IMG/VR virus record: IMGVR_UViG_3300020044_003173
Coordinates: 1-61,879 of that record
Origin: a virus
Lineage: Duplodnaviria; Caudoviricetes
Reading direction: 5' to 3' (one strand)
DNA: 61,879 nucleotides
Positions 26,738 to 36,361 of the stretch are shown here, in pieces. Numbering within the stretch: position 1 is the first letter of the stretch; every line of letters begins with the position of its first letter. A program made the translations under genes and the position numbers. A model generated the notes under the pieces. The model searched no databases. It saw only the letters and a list, made by a program, of their open reading frames with translations, and was not told the origin of the DNA.

Positions 26738-29700
26738 CCTTCAACCCCAATGGCGTCTCCCTGGAAGATATCCCCTCGATCCTTCCGTATTTGTCGGTTA
26801 GTGAGCGCGAGCGGCTGCTTGCGGAACTGGATAAGCTTGGGGAGCTAAAGGCGCAGAAACAGGCGCAGCTTCGGTTCCTACCTTTCGTCAAGGAAGTTTG
26901 GCCTACGTTTATCGGGGGCAAGCACCACAAGATCATGGCGGAAGCCTTTGAGCGTGTTGCTAACGGAACCTGTAAAAGACTCATTATTAATCTCGCGCCT
27001 CGGCACCCGCTAAGCGTGGATGAGAAAATCCTGACGACTTCAGGATGGAAAACTATGGGTTCTGTGCAGCCGGGGGACTACGTTTTTGGCCCTGACGGAT
27101 TGCCTACTTTGGTTGTTGGTAAGTCTGAAACCCATAAAAACCGCGAGCTATACGAAGTAGAAACCGATGACGGGGCGGTCGTAACCTGCGACGGGGACCA
27201 CCGGTGGCTTGTGTGCCTTGAGCGCAAGACCAAAATTTTTAGGGAGTACACGGCGGACCAGTTGTGGCAGCGGGACCAGGGCGCGAGGCTGTACCCATCC
27301 TCTAGAGGGGTGCATATAGCTCCTGGGCGTGCTCTTAATCCTCGCGCCGCCAAGCTACCCCCCACCTGCGCCGTACAACTACCCGAAGTTATCCTACCTA
27401 TAGACCCCTATGTTTTGGGTGTGTGGCTGGGTGACGGCACGAGCGCGCAGGGCGTAATTACTTCGCACGATGCAGATTCTCCGCAGGTTAGAGCCGAGTT
27501 TGCGCGACGGGGGTACGCAACTACCGACCAGACGACGCGCATGACGTTTGGCGTCCTGGGGTTGAAGGTAAAGCTGCGCGACCTTGGAGTGCTTGGGGAC
27601 AAACACATTCCCGAGGCTTATTTTTTGGGTTCCGAGCAGCAGCGGTTAGACCTCGTTCGCGGGCTTATGGACACAGACGGGAATGTGTCTGCGAAGGGCC
27701 AGTGTTTTTTCGCGCAGAAGTCTCTGCGGGTTGTTGATGGGTTTCGGCGGCTTCTTTGGAGTCTGGGGGTTAAGAATAGTCTGCAAACCAATAATGTTAC
27801 CCTGAATGGTAAAGACTACGGGGTTCACTACAAAGTATCCTTCTACATGAAGGGGTGCGCTACGCTCCCTCGGAAGGCAGATCGTACGTTTAACGGGGTT
27901 TCGGGACGGTTCGTTCGCTTCCGCAAGACCGACCGCACGGGCGATACGGTGTGTATTGAGGTTGCTCGGGAGGACCACTTATTCCTTGTTGGGGAAGGTA
28001 TGGTCCCGACACTTAATACCAAGAGCGAATTTGCTTCATATTTACTTCCCGCGTGGTTTCTGGGGAAGTTCCCTAATAAGAAGATCATCCAAATCTCCCA
28101 CACAGCGGAATTGGCTGTTGGTTTTGGTCGTAAGGTCAGAAACCTTGTAGATACAGAGGTTTACCACCGGATTTTCCCAGAATTGGGGCTGCAAGCGGAC
28201 TCCAAGGCTGCTGGTCGCTGGAACACGTCCAAGGGTGGGGACTACTTTGCCATCGGGATCGGGGGCGCGGTTACTGGTAAAGGCGCAGACCTACTCATTA
28301 TTGACGACCCGCACTCCGAGCAAGAGGCCGCTATAGCCGAGACTAACCCAGATATCTACGATAAGACCTATGAGTGGTACACTTCGGGGCCTAGGCAGCG
28401 TCTGCAACCTGGGGCTGCCATTATTATCGTGCAAACTAGATGGTCAAAGCGAGACCTTACCGGACAGGTATTGAAAGCCGCTGCTCAACGTGGGGGTGAG
28501 GATTGGGAAGTAATCGAGCTTCCTGCTATTTTACCCTCTGGAGCGCCCATTTGGCCTGAGTTTTGGTCCCTTGAGGAGCTTACGGCCCTAAAAGAAGAGC
28601 TTCCTAACTCCAAGTGGCAGGCTCAGTACCAGCAATCGCCCACTTCCGAGACGAGCGCCATTATCAAGCGGGAGTGGTGGAAGACTTGGGAGTCAGAAAA
28701 GCCTCCTAAGTGCGAATTTGTCCTCATGTCGTGGGATACGGCGTTCGAGAAGAGCCAGAGGTCCGACTTTTCCGCGCTGACCACCTGGGGGGTGTTCTAC
28801 CAACCGGACGCCACAGGCGAAATGCAGGCCAATATCATCCTTTTGAACGCCTTTAGGGAGCGGATGGAGTTCCCTAGGCTCAAGCAGGTGGCGATTGATC
28901 AATATAAAGAGTGGGAGCCTGACGGGGTTATTATCGAGAAGAAGGCTTCTGGGGCTCCTCTAATCTACGAACTTCGTGCTATGGGTATCCCTGTGCAGGA
29001 ATTTACACCCTCTAAGGGTAACGATAAGATATCCAGGCTTAATGCGGTGTCGGATGTCTTCGCCAGCGGGCGGGTGTGGGCTCCAAATACACACTGGGCC
29101 GATGAGGTTATCAACGAGGTAGCTGAGTTTCCTGCCGGGGAACACGATGACTTCTGTTTTGTAGCAGGGACACTTATTGCTACCCCAAAGGGTCCAGTAC
29201 CAATTGAGGCTATACAGCCTGGGGATAAGGTCATTACCCCCCTAGGCGTCCAGCGAGTTTTGTCCTCAGGCTGCACAGGGGTGCGCCCTGTTGTTACTCG
29301 GTTTGGGTTGACCGGGACAGGGAACCACCCGGTATACACCCTTGACTCCGGGTGGAAGAACCTTGATACAGTATGTATTACAGATACTCTATCGAGGTTC
29401 ACACCATGCGATATGATGAAGCTACGGCACCCGAAACAATTGAGTTTAATGGGGTTATCTACCGACGTATGGGCGGTAAACGCCGGTACTACCTATCCCA
29501 AAGCACCACTAACGGCGGTCGTAAAGGCGCTAAAGGGCTCCATGTGGCTATTTGGGAGCACCATGCTGGGGCTTTGGTTCCGGCAGGGTATGAAGTCAAC
29601 CACATCGACCGCAACCCGTTCAACTTTGAACCTTCGAACCTCGAAAGCCTTCCAAAGGGCGTCCACCGCCGTATGCCAAAAGTATATTCCAATTTTGAGG

Positions 29701-30165
29701 CACAGTTGGAACATTTGGCGGCTATCCGCCCGCTCGCTGCTACATGGCATAAGTCTGAAGCCGGTCGTTTGTGGCATCGGGAGCACGGTATCGCTTCCCT
29801 CGCTGCGGCCCGAGCCGCTAGGGACACAAAACTTCCTGAGCCAGGACCCCCCTGTGCGTGGTGCGGGAGCCCCACAACCAAGAAAAACAGCCGGAAGAAG
29901 TTCTGCTCTACTTACTGCGGAGGTACCTACCACCGGTACGTTACCGGGAAGCGCAAAACCGTGCACCCCTACTTCGCAGCCCGTCTTCAATCTGACGGTT
30001 GAGAATGTACATTGCTACTACGCCAATGGTATTCTTGTACATAACTGCGACAGCACATCAATGGCGGTAATGCGCTTCCGTAAGGGTGGATATCTACGTA
30101 CTGACCTAGACGAACCAGATGTGTTACCTTCCTTTAGGAGCAAACGTGCTCAGGGGTACTACTAA
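26734..30165 (+). CDS. terL: Terminase large subunit precursor with two inteins (mature protein ~509 aa)
   Basis: Spliced Walker A APRH/TKS, LLIIDDP, QTRW..DL, SWDTA, IEKKASG, HDDF/CDS. Confidence 0.93.
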   Translation: MTFNPNGVSLEDIPSILPYLSVSERERLLAELDKLGELKAQKQAQLRFLPFVKEVWPTFIGGKHHKIMAEAFERVANGTCKRLIINLAPRHPLSVDEKILTTSGWKTMGSVQPGDYVFGPDGLPTLVVGKSETHKNRELYEVETDDGAVVTCDGDHRWLVCLERKTKIFREYTADQLWQRDQGARLYPSSRGVHIAPGRALNPRAAKLPPTCAVQLPEVILPIDPYVLGVWLGDGTSAQGVITSHDADSPQVRAEFARRGYATTDQTTRMTFGVLGLKVKLRDLGVLGDKHIPEAYFLGSEQQRLDLVRGLMDTDGNVSAKGQCFFAQKSLRVVDGFRRLLWSLGVKNSLQTNNVTLNGKDYGVHYKVSFYMKGCATLPRKADRTFNGVSGRFVRFRKTDRTGDTVCIEVAREDHLFLVGEGMVPTLNTKSEFASYLLPAWFLGKFPNKKIIQISHTAELAVGFGRKVRNLVDTEVYHRIFPELGLQADSKAAGRWNTSKGGDYFAIGIGGAVTGKGADLLIIDDPHSEQEAAIAETNPDIYDKTYEWYTSGPRQRLQPGAAIIIVQTRWSKRDLTGQVLKAAAQRGGEDWEVIELPAILPSGAPIWPEFWSLEELTALKEELPNSKWQAQYQQSPTSETSAIIKREWWKTWESEKPPKCEFVLMSWDTAFEKSQRSDFSALTTWGVFYQPDATGEMQANIILLNAFRERMEFPRLKQVAIDQYKEWEPDGVIIEKKASGAPLIYELRAMGIPVQEFTPSKGNDKISRLNAVSDVFASGRVWAPNTHWADEVINEVAEFPAGEHDDFCFVAGTLIATPKGPVPIEAIQPGDKVITPLGVQRVLSSGCTGVRPVVTRFGLTGTGNHPVYTLDSGWKNLDTVCITDTLSRFTPCDMMKLRHPKQLSLMGLSTDVWAVNAGTTYPKAPLTAVVKALKGSMWLFGSTMLGLWFRQGMKSTTSTATRSTLNLRTSKAFQRASTAVCQKYIPILRHSWNIWRLSARSLLHGISLKPVVCGIGSTVSLPSLRPEPLGTQNFLSQDPPVRGAGAPQPRKTAGRSSALLTAEVPTTGTLPGSAKPCTPTSQPVFNLTVENVHCYYANGILVHNCDSTSMAVMRFRKGGYLRTDLDEPDVLPSFRSKRAQGYY
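27007..28017 (+). mobile_element. Class 3 intein (337 aa) with LAGLIDADG endonuclease, inserted in TerL Walker A
   Basis: Starts with Pro; DHRW (block B), TVCIEV (block F), PTLN/T (block G); LGVWLGDG and RGLMDTDG motifs. Confidence 0.88.
29155..30045 (+). mobile_element. Class 1 intein (297 aa) in the TerL nuclease domain
   Basis: CFVAGTLIATPKG, TGNHPV, VFNLTVENVHCYYANGILVHN/C. Confidence 0.92.
29406..30002 (+). CDS. HNH homing endonuclease overprinted out of frame inside intein 2
   Basis: GAGGT SD 7 nt before ATG; LHVAIWE...VNHIDRNPFNFEPSNLE; C-terminal CAWCG...FCSTYC. Confidence 0.85.
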   Translation: MRYDEATAPETIEFNGVIYRRMGGKRRYYLSQSTTNGGRKGAKGLHVAIWEHHAGALVPAGYEVNHIDRNPFNFEPSNLESLPKGVHRRMPKVYSNFEAQLEHLAAIRPLAATWHKSEAGRLWHREHGIASLAAARAARDTKLPEPGPPCAWCGSPTTKKNSRKKFCSTYCGGTYHRYVTGKRKTVHPYFAARLQSDG

Positions 30166-32696
30166 TGTCCATCGATAAAGCCCTCAACCGTGCCCCCCTT
30201 GGTCTACAGGACCCTGAGGACGACTTCGATCCCCTGGTTGAGATCGAGATCACGCCCGATGAGCGGGATGAAGCCGATGAGATGGACGAAGCCTTCGATG
30301 AGGAGGCTCAGGAGGAGTTTAACCTCAATCTAGCCGAAGAAATGGACAAAAAGGACCTGACGGAGCTTGTTGGGGACCTTCTGGCCGACTTCGAAGACGA
30401 TATTTCGTCCCGTAAGGACTGGATACAGACCTACGTGGATGGTCTTGAGCTTCTGGGGATGAAGATTGAGGACCGTTCGGAGCCTTGGCCTGGGGCTTGC
30501 GGCGTCTACCACCCCCTGCTCAGCGAGGCCCTGGTCAAGTTCCAGGCCGAGACCATGATGGAGACTTTCCCCTCCGCTGGTCCTGTGAAGACCCAAATCC
30601 TCGGTAAGGAGACCCCCGAGAAGAAGGATGCGGCTGCCCGCGTCCAAGAAGACATGAACTACCAACTTACTGAGCGGATGGTGGAGTACCGTCCCGAGCA
30701 GGAGCGGATGCTTTGGGGCCTTGGGTTGGCCGGTAACGCCTTTAAGAAGGTATATTATGATCCTTCTATGGGTAGGCAGGTCTCGCTGTTTGTCCCGGCT
30801 GAAGACGTGGTTGTGCCCTACGGGGCTTCCAACTTGCAAACCTGCGAGCGCGTCACCCATGTGATGCGCAAGACCCCCAACGAGCTAAAGAAGCTCCAGG
30901 CGGCTGGGTTCTACCGGGATATCGACCTTGGAGACCCTTCGGATAGCTTCGATGAAGTAGAGAAGAAGATCGCGGAGCGCATGGGGTTCCGCGCTACGAC
31001 CGACGACCGCTACAAGATTCTGGAGATGCACGTCGATGTGGACCTCCCCGGCTATGAAGACTTGGACGATAAAAAGAAGCCGACCGGCATCGCCCTGCCC
31101 TACGTTGTTACAATTGAGAAAAGCACACAAGAAGTACTTGCGATCCGTCGCAATTGGCACCCGGACGACGAAAATAAACAGAAGCGCAATCACTTTGTAC
31201 ACTACTCGTATATTCCGGGGTTTGGCTTCTACGCTTTTGGACTCATTCACCTTATCGGTGCTTTTGCTAAGTCTGGCACTTCTATTATTCGTCAGTTGGT
31301 CGATGCTGGCACTCTATCTAACCTGCCGGGCGGCTTTAAGACCAAGGGGCTTCGCGTCAAGGGTGATGACACGCCTATCGCCCCTGCGGAATGGCGGGAC
31401 GTTGATGTCGCCAGCGGCACCATGCGCGACAATATTATGCCGCTCCCCTACAAGGAGCCCAGCCAAGTCCTCTACACCCTCCTGAACACCATCGTGGAAG
31501 AGGGGCGCAGGTTCGCCAGTGCGGCTGACCTTAACCTGTCCGACATGAGTGCTCAGGCCCCGGTGGGCACCACTCTGGCTATCCTTGAGCGCACTCTTAA
31601 GGTCATGTCCGCCGTCCAGGCGCGCATCCACTACGCTATGCGTCAGGAGTTCAGGCTCCTGAAGGACATTATTCGGGACTACACGCCCGATGAGTACAAC
31701 TACGAGCCCACCGAGGGGGGCTCGCGGGCTAAGAAGTCCGACTATGACTCCGTGGAAGTCATCCCGGTAAGCGACCCTAACGCCGCCACTATGGCGCAGA
31801 AGGTTGTGCAGTATCAGGCTGTTATGCAACTGGCGCAGGGAGCGCCGCAGCTTTACGACCTTCCGTACCTGCACCGGCAGATGCTTGAGGTTCTGGGACT
31901 TAAGAACGCTTCTAAGCTTGTGCCTATGGATGATGACCAGAAGCCGCGTGATCCAGTGTCGGAGAACATGGCCGTCATCAACGGTAAGCCGGTCAAGGCG
32001 TTCCTGTACCAAGACCACGAGTCGCACATTACCGTGCACATGTCCGCGATGCAGGACCCGCAGATCGCTAAGCTTATGGGGCAGAACCCCAATGCTCAGG
32101 CCATGATGGCGGCTATGCAGTCTCACATCGCGGAACACCTGTCGTTTGAGTACCGTAAGAAGATCGAAGAAGCCGCAGGGGTGCCGTACCCGGCTCCTGA
32201 CGCCCCGATGGACGAGGACACTGAGCTTGAGGTGTCCAGGCTCGCCGCTGCCGCAGCCAAGAAAGTTCTCCAACAGAGCCAGTCCAAGATGGCTCAGGAA
32301 CAAGCCCGACAGACCGCTCAGGACCCCATCGTCCAGATGCAACAGCAAGAGTTGCAGATCAAGGCGCAGGAAGTGAAGATCAAGGAGCAGAAGCTTGCTC
32401 TCGACTCCGCCGCCAAGGCTGACCAGCTTGAGATCGAGAAGGAACGCCTCGCCGTGCAGGAGCGCGTTGCTGGGATGCAGGTGGGAGCCAAGATCGCCAC
32501 CGATAAGGCCAACCTGTCCGCCAAACAGCAGGCGGAGGGGCTTCGTATGGGGATCGAAGTCGCCCGAGAGGCGGCTCAACAGGACCACCAGAAGAGTATG
32601 GCGGTGGTTAACCATCTATCGCAACAAGAGCTACAGGCGCAAAACGCCCAGGCCCAGCAAGAAGTTCCCCAAGAAGAACCCGGAGAAGGTGAATGA
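30165..32696 (+). CDS. Portal protein
   Basis: 843 aa directly after TerL; AFKKVYYD, GFYAFGLIH, Q-rich C-terminal coiled coil. Confidence 0.88.
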   Translation: MSIDKALNRAPLGLQDPEDDFDPLVEIEITPDERDEADEMDEAFDEEAQEEFNLNLAEEMDKKDLTELVGDLLADFEDDISSRKDWIQTYVDGLELLGMKIEDRSEPWPGACGVYHPLLSEALVKFQAETMMETFPSAGPVKTQILGKETPEKKDAAARVQEDMNYQLTERMVEYRPEQERMLWGLGLAGNAFKKVYYDPSMGRQVSLFVPAEDVVVPYGASNLQTCERVTHVMRKTPNELKKLQAAGFYRDIDLGDPSDSFDEVEKKIAERMGFRATTDDRYKILEMHVDVDLPGYEDLDDKKKPTGIALPYVVTIEKSTQEVLAIRRNWHPDDENKQKRNHFVHYSYIPGFGFYAFGLIHLIGAFAKSGTSIIRQLVDAGTLSNLPGGFKTKGLRVKGDDTPIAPAEWRDVDVASGTMRDNIMPLPYKEPSQVLYTLLNTIVEEGRRFASAADLNLSDMSAQAPVGTTLAILERTLKVMSAVQARIHYAMRQEFRLLKDIIRDYTPDEYNYEPTEGGSRAKKSDYDSVEVIPVSDPNAATMAQKVVQYQAVMQLAQGAPQLYDLPYLHRQMLEVLGLKNASKLVPMDDDQKPRDPVSENMAVINGKPVKAFLYQDHESHITVHMSAMQDPQIAKLMGQNPNAQAMMAAMQSHIAEHLSFEYRKKIEEAAGVPYPAPDAPMDEDTELEVSRLAAAAAKKVLQQSQSKMAQEQARQTAQDPIVQMQQQELQIKAQEVKIKEQKLALDSAAKADQLEIEKERLAVQERVAGMQVGAKIATDKANLSAKQQAEGLRMGIEVAREAAQQDHQKSMAVVNHLSQQELQAQNAQAQQEVPQEEPGEGE

Positions 32697-32887
32697 GTAA
32701 CGACCTGCTAAAGTATCTTTCAGACAAGATACAGGAGGAGAGGGGCATTATTGCCGAAGATACTGCCCTTGGTAAGGCTAAGGACTTCGGAGACTACAAG
32801 TATGCTTGCGGTATCGTCCGTGGGCTCTTGATCGCTAATAATCTAATCATCGAAACTGCGCAGAGGATGGAAACGGACAATGATTGA
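32693..32887 (+). CDS. Hypothetical protein
   Basis: ATGA overlap; GKAKDFGDYKYACG. Confidence 0.7.
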   Translation: MSNDLLKYLSDKIQEERGIIAEDTALGKAKDFGDYKYACGIVRGLLIANNLIIETAQRMETDND

Positions 32888-33290
32888 ACTGGCTGTCGGC
32901 TCAAACCCCGATGATCTAGGCAACATCACTATTCTACCGACGACCCCGGAACAAAAAGCCAAGCAACTCCCGGACCCCTCAGGGTACCGTATCCTGTGCG
33001 CCCTCCCCGAAGTGGAGAACGCGACCACCGGGGGTATTCTCAAGTCTGACGTGACGATCTCCAACGAGGAACTGCTCACTACGGTTCTGTTCGTGCTGAA
33101 GCTTGGTCCCGACTGCTACAAGGACGAGAAACGGTTCCCGAGTGGACCCTGGTGCAAGGAAGGCGACTTCATCCTTGTGCGCCCCCATACCGGCACCCGA
33201 GTAAAAATCCACGGACGAGAGTTCAGGATCATCAACGACGACTGCGTTGAGGGTCTTGTTCAGGACCCGCGCGGAATTTCCAGAGCCTAG
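32880..33290 (+). CDS. groES: GroES-like co-chaperonin
   Basis: PSGYRIL, TTGGIL, LGPDCY, KEGDFIL, RIINDD. Confidence 0.82.
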   Translation: MIELAVGSNPDDLGNITILPTTPEQKAKQLPDPSGYRILCALPEVENATTGGILKSDVTISNEELLTTVLFVLKLGPDCYKDEKRFPSGPWCKEGDFILVRPHTGTRVKIHGREFRIINDDCVEGLVQDPRGISRA

Positions 33291-33300
33291 GAGGCACAAA

Positions 33301-34230
33301 ATGGCTACGGCCAACGAAGATATTGACGTTGAGTTGGACGACACTAATCCTCTTGCTGTCGAAGTAGAAGACGATACTCCGGAAGAGGATCGTGGCCGGG
33401 CACCTATGCCCAAGGAGATTGTCGAGGAACTTGAAGCCGACGAGCTTGAGGAGTATTCCGACAAGGTTAAGACCCGCCTCAAGCAGATGAAGAAGGTGTG
33501 GCACGACGAGCGCCGCGAGAAGGAACGTATTTCTCGTGAGCAGCAGGAGTCTGTCTCCTTCACCCAGCGGCTTCTTGAGGAGAATAAGCGTCTTAAGAGC
33601 ACCCTGTCCCACGGGGAGCAGTCGCTCGTTTCCAGCTATAAGTCCACGGCGGAGCTTGAGGCTAACGCCGCACGGAAGGCTTATAAGGAAGCATACGAGG
33701 CCGGGGACTCGGATAAGATCATCGAGGCCCAGGAAAGCCTTGCTGCGGCTACTTACCGACTACAGCAGTTGCAGGGGTACCGCCCCACTTTACAAGGAGA
33801 ATCTACAGGCGTAGAACATACGCAAGAGCAGCCTAGTGCTCCTCAACTCGACGCTAAAACCCGTGCGTGGCAAGAGCGCAATACGTGGTGGGGCGTGGAC
33901 GAGGAGATGACGGCCAGTGCTCTTGGGCTTCACCAGAAGCTCACGAAGCAGAACGGTGCGAACTATGTTGGCACCGACGAATATTGGAAGGCCATCGACA
34001 CAACGATGCGCCGTCGCTTCCCCGAATACTATGGGGATGGCGAAGAAGTGCCTACCGAGCCGACCAAATCGACTCGTGCGAGTACTAGGGCTTCCACAGT
34101 TGTCGCTCCTGCGACGAGAAGTACATCCGCCAAAACGGTAAAACTTCGCCAGTCTCAAATCGACCTAGCGAAGCGTATGGGTGTTACTCCTGAGCAGTAT
34201 GCTCGTGAAGTTATGAAGCTGGAGCGTTGA
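33301..34230 (+). CDS. Putative scaffolding protein
   Basis: Acidic coiled coil between portal and capsid; ends AKRMGVTPEQYA; GGAGG SD. Confidence 0.7.
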   Translation: MATANEDIDVELDDTNPLAVEVEDDTPEEDRGRAPMPKEIVEELEADELEEYSDKVKTRLKQMKKVWHDERREKERISREQQESVSFTQRLLEENKRLKSTLSHGEQSLVSSYKSTAELEANAARKAYKEAYEAGDSDKIIEAQESLAAATYRLQQLQGYRPTLQGESTGVEHTQEQPSAPQLDAKTRAWQERNTWWGVDEEMTASALGLHQKLTKQNGANYVGTDEYWKAIDTTMRRRFPEYYGDGEEVPTEPTKSTRASTRASTVVAPATRSTSAKTVKLRQSQIDLAKRMGVTPEQYAREVMKLER

Positions 34231-34232
34231 TA

Positions 34233-34682
34233 ATGGCTGAATCTAGACTTGCCCGAGAACTTGAGACCCGCACGACTAGCGAGCGCCCGAAGCAATGGCA
34301 ACCTGCCGCTACGCTTCCTGAGCCCGATAAGCAGCCGGGTTACTCGTACCGTTGGGTGCGGGTTACTACTCTTAATCAGGCGGACCCCCGCAATATCTCG
34401 TCCAAGCTGCGAGAAGGTTGGGAACCGGTTCGGATTGAAGAGCAGCCTCAGTTCAGGATGATGGTGGACCCGAGTAGCCGCTTTAAGGACAATATCGAAG
34501 TCGCTGGTCTTTTGCTCTGCAAGATTCCGGATGCGTTCATGGACCAACGCCGTGAGTATTACGAACGTCTTACTCGCGACCAAATTGAGTCTGTGGATAA
34601 TAACTTTATGAAAGAGAACGACCCGCGTATGCCGCTTTTCCGAGAGCGGAAATCCACGTCGTCGTTTGGCAAAGGCAAATAA
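34233..34682 (+). CDS. Hypothetical head-module protein
   Basis: YRWVR, LREGWEPV, GLLLCKIP. Confidence 0.7.
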   Translation: MAESRLARELETRTTSERPKQWQPAATLPEPDKQPGYSYRWVRVTTLNQADPRNISSKLREGWEPVRIEEQPQFRMMVDPSSRFKDNIEVAGLLLCKIPDAFMDQRREYYERLTRDQIESVDNNFMKENDPRMPLFRERKSTSSFGKGK

Positions 34683-34693
34683 GCTAGGAGCTT

Positions 34694-35290
34694 ATGATGG
34701 CATACCCCTCCGTTTCAGGCCCTTATGGACTGATTCCGATCAAGCTGATCGGCGGGCAGGTTTTTGCCGGTTCCACGCGTCTGATCCCGATTGCTACCAA
34801 CTCCTCGACTGCCATCTACTTTGGTGACGTTGTGAAGCTGGCGAACACCGGGACCCTCGCTAAGGATGTCGGTACTGACTCTGCTACGCCGGTCGGTGTT
34901 TTCCTCGGGTGCAGCTACACCGACCCGACGTTCGGCAAGACGTTCCGTCAATACTACCCGGGCACTACCAGCATCACCGACGTTATGGCTTACGTCTGCG
35001 ATGATCCGGACACCACCTTCAAGGTGGCTGTGGTTTCGGCCACGACCACGATCAGCTACGTCAACCGTACTGCGGTGGGCGAGAACATGGTTCTTGTGCA
35101 AAACGCTGGTAATACCATTACTGGTGACTCCAAGGTTGCGGTCAGTTCGACCACGGCCACCACTTCGACTTGGCCGGTTCGCGTCATTGACGTGATCCCG
35201 GAGACCCAAACCGGCGTCGGTTCTTACACCGAAGTCGTCGTCAAGTGGAATGCGGGTATGCACCAGTACTACAACCCCGCTGGCGTCTAA
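34694..35290 (+). CDS. Putative capsid decoration/cement protein
   Basis: Immediately upstream of MCP; AIYFGDVV, GVFLGCSY. Confidence 0.6.
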   Translation: MMAYPSVSGPYGLIPIKLIGGQVFAGSTRLIPIATNSSTAIYFGDVVKLANTGTLAKDVGTDSATPVGVFLGCSYTDPTFGKTFRQYYPGTTSITDVMAYVCDDPDTTFKVAVVSATTTISYVNRTAVGENMVLVQNAGNTITGDSKVAVSSTTATTSTWPVRVIDVIPETQTGVGSYTEVVVKWNAGMHQYYNPAGV

Positions 35291-35305
35291 GAAGGACTTG
35301 GATAG

Positions 35306-36217
35306 ATGGCTATTTCACGCGCACAACTCCTCAAGGAGCTTCTGCCCGGCCTGAACGCCTTGTTCGGTCTGGAGTACGCTCGCTACGGAGAAGAACACAA
35401 GGAAATCTTCGAAACGGAGACTTCTGAGCGTTCGTTCGAAGAAGAGACCAAGCTGTCGGGCTTCTCGGCTGCTCCGGTCAAGAACGAAGGTAGTGCTATT
35501 GCCTACGATAATGGGCAAGAAGTCTTTACCGCTCGTTACAACCACGAGACCATTGCTCTGGGTTTCGCCCTGACTGAAGAGGCCATCGAGGACAACCTCT
35601 ATGACTCCCTGTCTACGCGCTACACCAAGGCCCTGGCTCGTGCCATGTCCTACACCAAGCAGACCAAGGCTTCTGCGGTTCTGAACAACGGCTTTAGCTC
35701 CAGCTTCCCTGGTGGCGATGGTCAACCTCTGTTCAGCGCCTCGCATCCCCTGGTTACGGGCGGCACTAACTCGAATACGCCCTCTACCGCTGCCGATCTT
35801 AACGAGACTTCGCTTGAAGCCGCCGTTATCCAGATCGCTGCTTGGACGGATGAACGCGGCCTGCTGATCGCGGCGAAGCCGCGTAAGCTGGTTATTCCGC
35901 CCTCGCTGATGTTCGTTGCTACCCGCCTGCTCGAAACTGAGCTTCGTGTTGGTACGGCTGATAACGACATCAACGCGATCAAGAGCAACGGGTCGATCCC
36001 CGGTGGCTACACGGTCAACCATTTCTTGACCGACGTGGACGCCTGGTTCTTGTGCACCGATGTGCCTAATGGTCTTAAGCACTTCGTCCGCACTCCGCTT
36101 GCTAACTCGATGGACGGCGACTTCGATACTGGCAACGTCAGGTATAAGAGCCGTGAGCGTTACTCGTTCGGCTTCTCTGATCCTCTGGGTATGTGGGGCT
36201 CTCCTGGCACCACCTAA
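35306..36217 (+). CDS. Major capsid protein
   Basis: MAISRAQLLKELLPGLNALFGLEY...RERYSFGFSDP; followed by a terminator. Confidence 0.88.
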   Translation: MAISRAQLLKELLPGLNALFGLEYARYGEEHKEIFETETSERSFEEETKLSGFSAAPVKNEGSAIAYDNGQEVFTARYNHETIALGFALTEEAIEDNLYDSLSTRYTKALARAMSYTKQTKASAVLNNGFSSSFPGGDGQPLFSASHPLVTGGTNSNTPSTAADLNETSLEAAVIQIAAWTDERGLLIAAKPRKLVIPPSLMFVATRLLETELRVGTADNDINAIKSNGSIPGGYTVNHFLTDVDAWFLCTDVPNGLKHFVRTPLANSMDGDFDTGNVRYKSRERYSFGFSDPLGMWGSPGTT

Positions 36218-36257
36218 GAATGGGGTTTTGATTACTTCGGTAATCTTCCTAATTCGG

Positions 36258-36284
36258 GAAAGGGGGCTTCGGCCCCCTTTCTTC
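36258..36284 (+). terminator. Intrinsic terminator after MCP
   Basis: GAAAGGGGGC-TTCG-GCCCCCTTTC followed by TT. Confidence 0.8.
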
Positions 36285-36301
36285 TACTTAATATTCCATA
36301 C

Positions 36302-36330
36302 TTGACAGACACAGCGGACCCACGTAGCCT
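36302..36330 (+). promoter_or_regulatory. Sigma70-like promoter for the free-standing endonuclease
   Basis: TTGACA-17nt-TAGCCT. Confidence 0.55.
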
Positions 36331-36361
36331 CCCGCTTCATAACTAGTGGTTAGGGGTTTTC

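Noticed and set aside
31314-32615. 433-aa antisense ORF
   Set aside because: Shadow of the portal gene's codon bias; no motifs
35315-36082. 255-aa antisense ORF over MCP
   Set aside because: Codon-bias shadow
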